Shown piece after piece: positions 26,573 to 38,654 of a stretch of 64,000 nucleotides of DNA. Each line of letters opens with the position of its first letter. Within the stretch, counting starts at the first letter, position 1. Both the position numbers and the translations under genes were made by a program. Below the pieces are notes generated by a model, which worked only from the letters and a program-made list of their open reading frames with translations, was not told the origin of the DNA and searched no databases. This DNA comes from a virus. The stretch spans positions 65,106 to 129,105 of the IMG/VR virus record IMGVR_UViG_3300011335_000900; one strand, given 5' to 3'.

Positions 26573-26991
26573 TAGAAAAACATTATGTTAGTTGGAATGA
26601 AATAGATGAATTAGTTAATTCATTAACCCAGCAAATTGCCCAATCAGGAATTCAAATTGAAAATATTTTTGGATTACAGAGGGGAGGACTTATACCAGCG
26701 GTTATGGTTTCCCATAAACTAGGAATACCAATGACTAAAGGGACCATTTCCCCAAATACATTAATTATAGATGATATTTGCGATAGTGGAGTTACATTTG
26801 CTAATTTTTTTGAAACGCATCAAAAAGAATATGCTTTTCCATTTAATTTAAACTTTGCATGTTTGCATTACAAACCTCAAACTTCCGTATTTAAACCTAC
26901 ATTTTATTCTAGTATTTGGAATTCAAATGATTGGCTTTCTTATCCGTGGGAAAGAGAAGATTCAAATACTATTCAAGATTACAAATTTTAA
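26569..26991 (+). CDS. Purine phosphoribosyltransferase (Gpt-like)
   Basis: RGGLIPA, LIIDDICDSGVT, YPWE. Confidence 0.88.
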   Translation: MIEKHYVSWNEIDELVNSLTQQIAQSGIQIENIFGLQRGGLIPAVMVSHKLGIPMTKGTISPNTLIIDDICDSGVTFANFFETHQKEYAFPFNLNFACLHYKPQTSVFKPTFYSSIWNSNDWLSYPWEREDSNTIQDYKF

Positions 26992-27039
26992 TTTGGTTTA
27001 CCTAAAAAATTTTCGTACATTTATATAAAATAATAAGTT

Positions 27040-27330
27040 ATGGGAAGAGGAAGACCTTCTAAAAAAATTACAACTAAACCTACATTTGTTAGAACTGGAA
27101 GACCATCATCTGAAAAAATAATAATATGTGTTGTTTATAAAAAACCAACAGGTAAAAAACACTACTTAAACACATATAAAAACCTTGAAATAGATTCTAT
27201 TATATCAAACAGAAAACATACACCTGTTATTTCAGATGATCATGAAATCGTTGACATTGGAATAGGAAAGTCGTATATTGAAAGATATAAAAAACAATAT
27301 AAAATAGATAAAATTACAATACAAGATTAA
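27040..27330 (+). CDS. Hypothetical protein with two GRP (AT-hook-like) motifs
   Basis: GRGRPSKK, TGRPS. Confidence 0.65.
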   Translation: MGRGRPSKKITTKPTFVRTGRPSSEKIIICVVYKKPTGKKHYLNTYKNLEIDSIISNRKHTPVISDDHEIVDIGIGKSYIERYKKQYKIDKITIQD

Positions 27331-27339
27331 TTTAAATAT

Positions 27340-28038
27340 ATGAGTGAAAACAAACGTAGAAAAAATCACACTGATCTAGAGTGTGTAAAAGAAGGTTATG
27401 CAAATGGAGTTGCACCTGGTTTCCCGCTTACAGAACAAGAAAAATGGGAAATGGTTGATAAAGCCGAACTTGCTTATGGTCAATTTTTAACTGCATTAGG
27501 TGTAGATTGGGAAAATGATCCAAATTCATCAGAAACACCTCGTCGTGTAGCAAAAGCATATGTATTTGATTTATTTGCAGGTCGATATACAGCAATGTCT
27601 GATATTACATCCTTTCCATCCGATGGATACGACGGTATAGTAATTGAAAGAAATATTCCTATCAATTCAATGTGCTCACACCACCACCAAACAATTGGAG
27701 GAGTAGTTCATATTGGATATGTTGTAGGAGATGAAGGTAGAGTAATTGGCTTATCCAAATTAAACCGAATAGTAGAGCTATTTGGACGTAGAGGAGCAAT
27801 CCAAGAACAATTAACATCAGCTATCCACAATGCTGTAAATAAAATTTGTGAATTGAATAGAGGTGTAATTGTAACTGTAGTAGCAACACATAATTGTGTT
27901 TCATGTCGTGGTATTAAACATCAAGGAGCATCAATGGTTACAACTAAAGCATCAGGTGTGTTTATGGAAAACGATAATCAAGCACGCAAAGAATTTTTTG
28001 ATTCACTAAAAATAAATAACGGCGGACACCAAATCTAA
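27340..28038 (+). CDS. folE: GTP cyclohydrolase I
   Basis: ETPRRVAK, SMCSHH, IGLSKLNR, IQEQLT, HNCVSCRG. Confidence 0.96.
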   Translation: MSENKRRKNHTDLECVKEGYANGVAPGFPLTEQEKWEMVDKAELAYGQFLTALGVDWENDPNSSETPRRVAKAYVFDLFAGRYTAMSDITSFPSDGYDGIVIERNIPINSMCSHHHQTIGGVVHIGYVVGDEGRVIGLSKLNRIVELFGRRGAIQEQLTSAIHNAVNKICELNRGVIVTVVATHNCVSCRGIKHQGASMVTTKASGVFMENDNQARKEFFDSLKINNGGHQI

Positions 28039-28048
28039 AATTAAAAAT

Positions 28049-28279
28049 ATGTCAACATCAACTTTACTCTATGAAGCTTTAGAGTTAAAATATAGAGCTC
28101 AAATAGCAGAAGCAAAAGCAACTTTATCAATTTACTTTGAAAATTCAGTTGGAATTGGAGAACACCCTCAACATTTGGAGGAAATGGATAAATTAATTTC
28201 TCAACTAGCGGATGCACAAGATAAATTAGAAGCATTAAATCAACTTATCTTTAATCAAAATCAATCATTACCATTTTAA
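28049..28279 (+). CDS. Conserved small phage protein
   Basis: Y..N.VGIGEHPQ motif. Confidence 0.75.
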   Translation: MSTSTLLYEALELKYRAQIAEAKATLSIYFENSVGIGEHPQHLEEMDKLISQLADAQDKLEALNQLIFNQNQSLPF

Positions 28280-28289
28280 AAATAAAAAT

Positions 28290-28832
28290 ATGAAACTACT
28301 AAAAGGATTTAAAAATCAAATCACAAAATTTCTAGCAAAACAAGTTGTTAGCAATACAAAAGACAACTATGTACCATTTGTATCAGAAGTTGAGGAATTT
28401 AATGCAATAATGGGAAAGCCCAATAATTATACCCCGAACATACCCGATGAAAAAGAGTGGATGTTTGTCTATAATTTCATTTTAGAAGAATTGGAGGAAT
28501 ATAAACATGCATGCGAAACAGGGAATATTGTTGAGGTTCTTGATGCTCTATGTGACATTACCTACGTTTCATTGGGTAACGGTGCTTGCTTACACGGTCT
28601 TAAGGATAAAATATGGCCAGCATATCAAGAAGTACAAGCGTCTAATCTTAGCAAAGCTTGCACAAGTAAAAAGGAGGCACAAGAAACCGTTAGAGTACGT
28701 TCCGAAGAGCAAAAGACTCCGTGTCACTATGAGAAGGTTGGTAGATATTATATCGTCTATAGAAGCTCTGACAAAAAAGTAATGAAATCAATAAATTATT
28801 TTAGACCTGACTTATCTCAATTTTTAAAATAA
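28290..28832 (+). CDS. MazG-like/PRA-PH NTP pyrophosphohydrolase
   Basis: EELEEY, EVLDALCDITYV, EVQASNLSK, KVMKS. Confidence 0.85.
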   Translation: MKLLKGFKNQITKFLAKQVVSNTKDNYVPFVSEVEEFNAIMGKPNNYTPNIPDEKEWMFVYNFILEELEEYKHACETGNIVEVLDALCDITYVSLGNGACLHGLKDKIWPAYQEVQASNLSKACTSKKEAQETVRVRSEEQKTPCHYEKVGRYYIVYRSSDKKVMKSINYFRPDLSQFLK

Positions 28833-28841
28833 TATTTAAAA

Positions 28842-28873
28842 AGCTTGCCTACCCGCAGGCTTTTTTGTATCTT
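28842..28873 (+). terminator. Combined terminator hairpin and promoter (AGCTTGC..GCAGGCT7-GTATCTT)
   Basis: Related copies at ~32779, ~38617 and ~42690. Confidence 0.75.
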
Positions 28874-28889
28874 CATATAAATAAAAGTT

Positions 28890-31619
28890 ATGTATCAAAG
28901 TGTTTACTACAACAGGTTACCAGGAGAAGATCAATGGTACTACTATCTACGGGACGATAAAAAAGGAATACACAAATTCCAATATTGGCCTACTCTATAT
29001 AAGTTAGATGAATATGGGGAACATGAAACACTATTTGGTGAAAAATGTTCTCCAATATCTGGCAAATACGATAGAAAAGATCCTACAATTTATGAAAAAG
29101 ACATTGACCGTGAACTTGTAATCTTAAGAGATCTGTACTACAAGACAGATGAAATGCCTGAATACCACAATACCGTTTATTTAGATATTGAAATTGAAAT
29201 TTTAGGTGCACTTACCCCATTTACCATTAGAGAAGCTAATGCAGAAATTACAGCCATTGCTTTAATTGATACCTCCACCAAAGAAAAGATATGTTTTATT
29301 TTAGATAAAGCAGGTAAAATAGAGGATATAGACCAAGATGGAAAAACAATCATTTCGTGCCCAGATGAAAACACTTTACTACGTAAATTCTTATTAAAAT
29401 GGGAGCAAATGGACCCTACAATTGTAGTAGGATACAATAGTGATTTCTTTGATATTCCTTATTTATATTATAGAATTAGAAAATGTTTAGGAGATGAAGC
29501 AAACCGTTTATCCCCAATTGGAAAAATTACAGAAACATTATCTCAACCAAATTCCCCAATTAAAATTGGTTTAGTTAGCAGTTTAGACTATATGTTATTG
29601 CTTCGCAAATATATTGCTAAAGAAGAACCATCTTACAAGTTAGGTGATATCGGTAAAAAATATGTTAATTTAGGTAAAATTGAATATAACGGTAATTTAG
29701 ATACTTTATTTAGGGAAGATCCACTTAAATTTATAGAATACAATATTCGAGATGTTGAAATTATAGAAGCATTAGAGGAAAAACAAAAATTTATTGAATT
29801 AACTATTTTGATTTCCCATTTATGCCATACACCATATGAATCAATTTACTACAATACCATATTAAACGAGGGGGCGATTTTAACGTATTTAAAACGCAAG
29901 GGTATAATTGCACCCAATAAACCAACTACTACAAACCACACCATTAAAGAGCTTGAACTTGGTGATCACGTGGTACATCAACGCGGTACTTCAACAATTG
30001 AGGGTACTGTATATAGCTTTGAAAAAGACAACATTGTTGTAAAAACAATGGCAGGAAAATATGTTAACCGCTACCCTAAATCAATCCGTAAAAAAGATAG
30101 CTACGCAGGTGGATACCTACTAGATCCTATCCCCGGATTATATTCAGATGTAAGTGACTTAGACTTTACCTCACTGTATCCCTCCATTATTAAATCTTTG
30201 AATTTAGGTGTTGAAACACTAATAGGTAGAATTGTTACAAAAGACAATTACGAACAATATAATTCACTTGAGCAGTTAAAGAAACTTGATCCCGAGGAAA
30301 AACTACACATACAAAAATTAGTTAAACGATCCTATACTTTAAAAGATGCTACTATAGCAGCGGGAGCTTTAATTAAATTAATTGAAGACAATAATTGGAC
30401 TATTTCCGCTAGTGGAGCATTTTATAGAACAGATCAAAAGAGCATAGCTTGTGAAGTACTAGAGGATTGGTTCAATCAAAGAGAACATTATAGAGCACTT
30501 AAGAAAAAAGCAGGTAAAGCAGAAGATTGGGTAAACTACAAATTGTATGACTTGTACCAAATGGCATTTAAAATCTTGCAAAACGCTTTATATGGTACAT
30601 ATGCAATTAACTCTTGGCGTTTTACAGATGGATTTAAAATATGCTCAGCCGCTATTACAAATTCAGGTCAGAGATTAACTAAAGAATCAATTACATTTGT
30701 AAACGACTACATCTCCACACAATTAGATATAGATCAAAAACCATTTGTTATCGCGTCGGATACAGATTCTCTTTACATGGAGCTAACTGATTTGCTAAAA
30801 CATAGAAACCCTGATTTAAAATACGAAGACCGTGAAGAGAAAATCAAACATTTACTCATTTTAACTGAGGAACTCCAGCAAGTAGCAAACGATAATTTGA
30901 ACAATATATCACAAGATCTATTCAATATGACCGAAGCCCACCATTTTGTGCTCAAACAAGAGGTAATCGCTGAAAAAGCGTATTGGTCTGGAAAACGCCG
31001 TTACGCAATGTACATTGTAAACAAAGAAGGCATATCAATTGAGGAATTGGAGATGAAAGGAATGGACATCATGAAATCTAATTTCCCTCCTTTATTTAGA
31101 AACTTTGGAGAAAATTTGATTAAAAATATTCTATTTGGTAAACCAAAAATTGAAATAGATAAAGACGTAATGGAATTTAAGAAAATGGTTGGTGAAATTG
31201 AGTGGATCAACTTACTAAAACCAACTGGATTAAAGAAAATGGGCGAATATATTGAGCGTAAACCTATGGCCGGTGATTTATTTTCCAAATTAAAATTAAA
31301 ATGTCCTGTAAACACAAAAGCAGCTATTAGATACAACGATTTTTTACGTTACAAAAAACTTAATGTAAAATATCCCGAATTTACCATTGGAGATAAAATG
31401 TATATAGCTAACCTAAAACCAAACCCATACCAAATTGACACTATAGGATATAACGGATACAACGATCCAGATGACATTACTGAATTAATTAACAAATATA
31501 TTGATAGAGATGGTTTATTTGATAGCGTAATGCGAAACAAATTAGAAACCGTGTACAATGATATTGGTTGGGAGCTTTCCCTCAACCCATATCGTGCAAA
31601 GTTTTTTAACTTCTCATAA
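28890..31619 (+). CDS. polB: Family B DNA polymerase
   Basis: Exo DIE and GYNSDFFD; DFTSLYPSII, KILQNALYG, SDTDS, KRRYA. Confidence 0.97.
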   Translation: MYQSVYYNRLPGEDQWYYYLRDDKKGIHKFQYWPTLYKLDEYGEHETLFGEKCSPISGKYDRKDPTIYEKDIDRELVILRDLYYKTDEMPEYHNTVYLDIEIEILGALTPFTIREANAEITAIALIDTSTKEKICFILDKAGKIEDIDQDGKTIISCPDENTLLRKFLLKWEQMDPTIVVGYNSDFFDIPYLYYRIRKCLGDEANRLSPIGKITETLSQPNSPIKIGLVSSLDYMLLLRKYIAKEEPSYKLGDIGKKYVNLGKIEYNGNLDTLFREDPLKFIEYNIRDVEIIEALEEKQKFIELTILISHLCHTPYESIYYNTILNEGAILTYLKRKGIIAPNKPTTTNHTIKELELGDHVVHQRGTSTIEGTVYSFEKDNIVVKTMAGKYVNRYPKSIRKKDSYAGGYLLDPIPGLYSDVSDLDFTSLYPSIIKSLNLGVETLIGRIVTKDNYEQYNSLEQLKKLDPEEKLHIQKLVKRSYTLKDATIAAGALIKLIEDNNWTISASGAFYRTDQKSIACEVLEDWFNQREHYRALKKKAGKAEDWVNYKLYDLYQMAFKILQNALYGTYAINSWRFTDGFKICSAAITNSGQRLTKESITFVNDYISTQLDIDQKPFVIASDTDSLYMELTDLLKHRNPDLKYEDREEKIKHLLILTEELQQVANDNLNNISQDLFNMTEAHHFVLKQEVIAEKAYWSGKRRYAMYIVNKEGISIEELEMKGMDIMKSNFPPLFRNFGENLIKNILFGKPKIEIDKDVMEFKKMVGEIEWINLLKPTGLKKMGEYIERKPMAGDLFSKLKLKCPVNTKAAIRYNDFLRYKKLNVKYPEFTIGDKMYIANLKPNPYQIDTIGYNGYNDPDDITELINKYIDRDGLFDSVMRNKLETVYNDIGWELSLNPYRAKFFNFS

Positions 31620-31679
31620 AATGTATTTATAATTTTAAATTAAAAACCCAACTTCCATATATTTATAATAAAATAACAT

Positions 31680-32321
31680 ATGGTAGGAATATATAAAATA
31701 ACTAACCCTAAAGGTAAAATATATATTGGTCAATCTATTAACATTAATAAAAGGAAATATGCATATAAATGTATAGATAAAAGAATAATGGGTCCTAAAA
31801 TATATAATTCAATTCAAAAATATGGGTGGAAAAATCATGTATTTGAACTTATAGAAGAATGTTTAGTTGATAAATTATTTGAAAGAGAAACCCACTGGAA
31901 AATAATCACTCTAGAATCCCAGGAATGGGAATGGAATAAAGTCCTATTTTGTAACCTATATGATATAGGATCATTTGGTCCCCTTTCAGACCATGTAAAA
32001 AATAAAATTAGAGGACAAAAAAGAACAGAAGAAACTAAACAAAAAATGAGAGAATCTAAACTAGGTAAACCTAGTAATTTCCAAAATCATACCCATTCTG
32101 TTCTTACTAAACAAAAAATGAGAGAATCTAAACTAGGTAAACCATCAAACAATAAAAAGAAAAAAATATCTCAATATGATTTAAATGGTGATTTTCTTAA
32201 AACATGGGATTCCCTAAAGGAAATATCTCTCACATTAAATCTAAGCCATAATAGTATAAATAGATGCTGTCAAGAAAAACAAAAAAAAGCATTTAATTAT
32301 ATTTGGAAATATAAAGAATAA
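31680..32321 (+). mobile_element. Free-standing GIY-YIG homing endonuclease with duplicated NUMOD3-like motif
   Basis: GIYKIT..IYIGQS; 38-bp direct repeat 32034-32071/32106-32143 (TKQKMRESKLGKP). Confidence 0.9.
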
Positions 32322-32355
32322 ATGATATCATAATATTTATAATAAAACACATAAA

Positions 32356-32751
32356 ATGACACAAGAACAACTTAGAATGCAAATGTTAGCTGGTATCATC
32401 ACTGAAAGTCAATATGCTGCTAAATTGAATGAAGAAACATATGTTAATGATAACGGCGTATCTTTTCGCTCAATATCTAAAGATGAATTTGAATCATTAA
32501 ATGAGTTCGGGATAGTAGGAGTTTTTATGGATGAAGAAAACCCAGAAGATGATTTTATAGCTTATGTCATGTATGATAAAGAAGATGATTTCAATACAGA
32601 TGAAGAAGCCAAATCAACCTTTGATGCGCTATTTAATAACCCAGAATCTTTTGAAGAAGGGATATATGATGATTTATATGATAGTTATAAAAGAATATCA
32701 AATAAAGATAGATTTGAATTAAAAGAATTAATTCCTGCTACTTTTGCTTAA
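32356..32751 (+). CDS. Acidic late protein with N-terminal RMQMLAGIITE tag
   Basis: Follows TATTTATAATAAA; tag shared with 36687 and 41130. Confidence 0.75.
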   Translation: MTQEQLRMQMLAGIITESQYAAKLNEETYVNDNGVSFRSISKDEFESLNEFGIVGVFMDEENPEDDFIAYVMYDKEDDFNTDEEAKSTFDALFNNPESFEEGIYDDLYDSYKRISNKDRFELKELIPATFA

Positions 32752-32778
32752 CTTTATATTTAAATAATTTTAAAGAAA

Positions 32779-32811
32779 AGCTTGTCTCCCGACAGGCTTT
32801 TTTGTATCTTT
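32779..32811 (+). terminator. Combined terminator and promoter
   Basis: AGCTTGTC-tccc-GACAGGCT, T-tract, GTATCTTT. Confidence 0.75.
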
Positions 32812-32816
32812 AACAC

Positions 32817-33551
32817 ATGGTAAATAAGTTAATTCTACAATCGGTTATAAACAAATACTACTTGGGCGAAAACGAGTCCGTCAAGTGGAAAATCAAAGAC
32901 AAAACCTTAACCATTGACTTTATGTCAATTTCCAAAGAGGTAATAGGAAACATTACACACAACAATATAGACATTGAAGACAGTGAGCTAGCTATCTTTG
33001 ACACTAAAAAACTACTCAACTTAATAGGCATCACCTCAGGTGATTTGCTATTTAGTTTAGAAAAAAATAGAAACCTATGTACTAAAATGCATTTTGCAGA
33101 TAGTGACTTTAACTTAACATATGCTTTAGCTGATCCTTTACTTATTGGTAGAGTAGGTGCTGTAACAGAACCTGAATGGGATGCTGTATTGCCATTTGAA
33201 AAAGAATATGTTGACAATTTAGTTAAAGCAAAATCTGCTTTAGCAGGTATTGGTTTGTTAACTGTTTCTGTTGACAAAGACTTAAACGGAGATGATATGT
33301 GTGTGTTTACTTTTGGAGACGAGCAAGGCCATAACAACAAGATCACTTACCAAATGTATGGTAAAATCAAACAACAAAAAATTGAGATACCATTTAATTC
33401 AGATATATTCAAAAATATACTACACGTAAATAAAGATTTAGAAAGCGGTACTTTATATTTAAGCTATCAGGGTTTAATGAAACTTGAATTTAAATCAGAA
33501 GATACTACAAGCAAATATTATATGGTTCGTAAAGAGGAATCAAGTTTTTAA
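32817..33551 (+). CDS. Sliding clamp (T4 gp45/PCNA-like)
   Basis: 244 aa, AIFDTKKLL, Y.LADP, two-domain pattern; between PolB and the clamp loader. Confidence 0.75.
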   Translation: MVNKLILQSVINKYYLGENESVKWKIKDKTLTIDFMSISKEVIGNITHNNIDIEDSELAIFDTKKLLNLIGITSGDLLFSLEKNRNLCTKMHFADSDFNLTYALADPLLIGRVGAVTEPEWDAVLPFEKEYVDNLVKAKSALAGIGLLTVSVDKDLNGDDMCVFTFGDEQGHNNKITYQMYGKIKQQKIEIPFNSDIFKNILHVNKDLESGTLYLSYQGLMKLEFKSEDTTSKYYMVRKEESSF

Positions 33552-33570
33552 TATGTATAATAAAAATAGA

Positions 33571-34017
33571 ATGGACAATTTTGATTTAAAAAAATATTTA
33601 GTAGAAAATAGACTAACTAAAAGCGATCAATTAAATGAAGCTAAGACTACTGGTCAAATTTCTAATGAAATTGAGGAATTAGACGATATTAAAAGAAGAT
33701 ATGAAGAAAAAGGAGATTTTAATAGAGCAGCTAAAATAGAAGATAAAATTGAAAATCTTAAATCTGAATTTACAAATAGAATAAATGAAATGGGAACTCC
33801 CGAACAAGAAAAAATCAAAAAATCAGCAGTAGACTTATTATTTGACAAAATAAAAAATGTTAAAGTAATAGATAGTTATGAGTTTGATAAACTAAAAGAA
33901 GAATATAGAAAATCCAAAGAAAAAGAAATTGAAAATATTAAAAACGCTTTTAACTATGGACAAACCGACCCAGGAATGGAAGCAGATGAATATCTTGATT
34001 TTATAAATTTTAAATAA
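33571..34017 (+). CDS. Late protein with MDNFDLKKYLVEN tag
   Basis: Start reassigned downstream of ATATGTATAATAAA. Confidence 0.7.
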   Translation: MDNFDLKKYLVENRLTKSDQLNEAKTTGQISNEIEELDDIKRRYEEKGDFNRAAKIEDKIENLKSEFTNRINEMGTPEQEKIKKSAVDLLFDKIKNVKVIDSYEFDKLKEEYRKSKEKEIENIKNAFNYGQTDPGMEADEYLDFINFK

Positions 34018-34084
34018 AATTTAAAATAAATTAGGTTTTTTAAAATAGTTTTCGTATATTACAGTTATAAATTTAAAATTAGTT

Positions 34085-34437
34085 ATGGAAGAAACCAAAA
34101 GACGCGGTCGTCCCGCTAGAGACGAGAATGACACACAATCCAATTTATGCACAATTAAGGATCCAAACATGGAACCCTTTTATATTGTTAAAGATGCAAC
34201 AAACTTTACAGTAATGGAATTGTCTACTTCTATGAGAGGATTTGCTGGTAAACAAGCAACTGGTAAAGAGGTAGAAAAAATAATTGGCCATTACAGCAAT
34301 TTTTCAAATGCACTAAATCGTGTGGCTAAAGAAAAATTTTATCAAAACGAGAATTCGTACAATTCAATCCAAGATTATATCGAAACTTGGAACACAGTTA
34401 AAGAAGGAATAGAAACAATGTTAAACAAAGTAAAATT

Positions 34438-34441
<4 letters not shown>
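34085..34441 (+). CDS. Hypothetical protein with RRGRP motif
   Basis: ORF after a promoter. Confidence 0.7.
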
Positions 34442-36382
<1,941 letters not shown>

Positions 36383-36383
36383 T

Positions 36384-36647
36384 ATGAAAACAGAAAAAAT
36401 AGAATACCACGAACTTATCGCTACACGAGTACCACCAGGAGATTCCTGGTTGCTCGTGGATGATAAAAATAAAGTCATCCATAAATCACTAACAGATGTT
36501 TTAGAGGCATGGTTTGACAAAAATCAAGAGAAAGTAGAATTTCTTTTAGCTCCTTTAGATAGCAAAATCTATGTTACCCGAAGTGAAGAAAAAGAAATTC
36601 AACCTGAACCAATTAAACGATTTAATATTTACGGAGACCCTCAATAA
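36384..36647 (+). CDS. Hypothetical protein
   Basis: 87-aa ORF. Confidence 0.7.
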   Translation: MKTEKIEYHELIATRVPPGDSWLLVDDKNKVIHKSLTDVLEAWFDKNQEKVEFLLAPLDSKIYVTRSEEKEIQPEPIKRFNIYGDPQ

Positions 36648-36662
36648 CGGGTCTCTTTTTTT
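36634..36662 (+). terminator. Intrinsic terminator
   Basis: GAGACCC-N8-GGGTCTC followed by T7. Confidence 0.85.
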
Positions 36663-36686
36663 ACATATTTATAACAAAATATTCAA

Positions 36687-36989
36687 ATGAAAAAAGATTT
36701 AATTAGAATGCAAGAATTGGCTGGTTTAAAAGAAGCTAAACTTGATACTCCAAACAAAGAACTTAATGACTTAGTTAAACAAGTTATAGCTATTTCAGGA
36801 TTTAAACCATACCAAATGGAAGTAATATCAGCCTATAATGAATATTTCATTAATCTCCCAGTTAAGGCAATCCCCGTTTCAGCTATGATCCGTTTAGGAG
36901 AAATATTACCTGCAGGTAGTTCGATTGGTGTATGGGGTAATTTAAATAGTGGAGCACTTTCCATTAGAACTCCATATCAAGTAAGATAA
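36687..36989 (+). CDS. Late protein with RMQELAGLKE tag
   Basis: After TATTTATA. Confidence 0.7.
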   Translation: MKKDLIRMQELAGLKEAKLDTPNKELNDLVKQVIAISGFKPYQMEVISAYNEYFINLPVKAIPVSAMIRLGEILPAGSSIGVWGNLNSGALSIRTPYQVR

Positions 36990-36991
36990 CT

Positions 36992-37951
36992 ATGAAATTA
37001 ACTGATATATTACGCGAAATTGAAGGTGAAGAAGATGGAATGAGCCAATTGAAGGTAAATTACGATCTTGCTGTTCAACCAAAAGATATAGACGCAGCTC
37101 TTGAAGCTATGGACAATATTTCAAATTATGGCATTTATGCTCAAAACATGCGTGATCCACAAGCTATTGTAAAAGCATTTGGTCCTTCAATCCCTGCTCA
37201 AAAAGCAGGAGCTGCTTGGAAAGATTGGGATACTCGCTCAGAAGATGAAAAAGCATTCAAGTTAATTGATTTAAAAAATAGAGTACCTGAAGCATTCGCT
37301 ACAGCTGAAAAAGAAGCAGAATCAGGATATGAAAGATGGCAAGCAGAAGGAAACGATGGTAGCATAAACGACTACTTGTTTACATTATCCGGAAAAGAAC
37401 TTCCAAAAGATATTATTGGACGATATGGTGCTAATTACTTTCCAATGAAAACACCAGACAATTTAAAAAAATATGGTGGTAAATTGGAACAAAATATTCA
37501 CTATGTAGTAAAAGATGGAAAAATTGTTTTCCCTTATACACTTGAAAATCCATATAAAACAAAACCATATTTGTCTAAAGTATTAAAAACAATCATGGAC
37601 AATGCAGGTGTTGAATATCAATTAGTAGATGTTGAACAAGATGGTGGTGAAGCACCAAAAACAGTAGAAAAACCAAAAGCAGAAACTATTCCTCCATTAT
37701 CTGTAACAGCAGATAGTTTAGATAAAATAGATAAAATTCGTAAAGAATTTCAAAAAGAAATTGGAGAAGTTCCAACAGCAAAATACGAAACCGAAACAAC
37801 TAAAACAGAAGAAGGAACCCAATACAAACTAATTGTAACTGGTATTTCAGCTGATCAACGTAAAAAACTTTTAGTTAAAAAATCTACGTTAAAAGAGGAA
37901 ATGGAATTTGATTTTGATTTATATAGAATGAAAAAATTAGCAGGATTATAA
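36992..37951 (+). CDS. Hypothetical protein (N-terminal MKLTDILRE, C-terminal RMKKLAGL)
   Basis: 319-aa ORF. Confidence 0.75.
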   Translation: MKLTDILREIEGEEDGMSQLKVNYDLAVQPKDIDAALEAMDNISNYGIYAQNMRDPQAIVKAFGPSIPAQKAGAAWKDWDTRSEDEKAFKLIDLKNRVPEAFATAEKEAESGYERWQAEGNDGSINDYLFTLSGKELPKDIIGRYGANYFPMKTPDNLKKYGGKLEQNIHYVVKDGKIVFPYTLENPYKTKPYLSKVLKTIMDNAGVEYQLVDVEQDGGEAPKTVEKPKAETIPPLSVTADSLDKIDKIRKEFQKEIGEVPTAKYETETTKTEEGTQYKLIVTGISADQRKKLLVKKSTLKEEMEFDFDLYRMKKLAGL

Positions 37952-38610
37952 TGGACAATTTCGATTTAAAACAATATTTAGCTGAAAATAAGTTAATGCA
38001 AAAATCATCCTCAAAAATAAACATGGGAGATGTATATCTTATTTTAAAAACATATAAGTTTAACCCAAGAATCATTGATGGTAATAGAATTACAGGAATC
38101 AAAGCTATCGATTTTGGAACATATGATGAAAAAACAGGTGAAGATGCAGGAATGCTAAGAATTAACTCAGAAGGTGCAATATACGGTCAAGATAATTGGG
38201 GAATGGATATTGAAAATGCTGATGAAATTTTAGATGCTATTGATCAATATAGAAAAAACCAAAAAGATTTAGAAAATCCTTTAAATGAAGCTGAAGACAA
38301 TGACTTGTACTACACAGCAGGTCAAATGATTTCTCAAGTTGGGTTATTTACCCAAAATAAAGCAGCTGAACTAGAAGCTGACGATAGTGGAAATCTATAT
38401 CGTTTCTTTAACACCCCAGAAGAAAAAATAGAATTAATTAAAATTTCAGAAGAATATAAAAATTATTTAGCTAAAGTAAAAGCAACAATGGAGGCGTTAA
38501 TAAATGATCCAATGTATAGAGTTGCAGTTGGTGATGTAGGTGGAAAATATAGAGACAGAGGACCAGGAGAAACATTAGAAAAAGCTTATATGAGATCAAA
38601 AAATATTTAA
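37951..38610 (+). CDS. Late protein with MDNFDLKQYLAEN tag
   Basis: Tag near-identical to 33571; internal LNE. Confidence 0.75.
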   Translation: MDNFDLKQYLAENKLMQKSSSKINMGDVYLILKTYKFNPRIIDGNRITGIKAIDFGTYDEKTGEDAGMLRINSEGAIYGQDNWGMDIENADEILDAIDQYRKNQKDLENPLNEAEDNDLYYTAGQMISQVGLFTQNKAAELEADDSGNLYRFFNTPEEKIELIKISEEYKNYLAKVKATMEALINDPMYRVAVGDVGGKYRDRGPGETLEKAYMRSKNI

Positions 38611-38616
38611 ATAAAG

Positions 38617-38648
38617 AGCTTGCCTAGTGCAGGCTTTTTTTGTATAAT
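38617..38648 (+). terminator. Combined terminator and promoter
   Basis: AGCTTGC-ctagt-GCAGGCT, T-tract, GTATAAT. Confidence 0.7.
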
Positions 38649-38654
38649 ATGGTT

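Noticed and set aside
29925-30095. Intein in PolB
   Set aside because: Too short and lacks Cys/Ser start and His-Asn end
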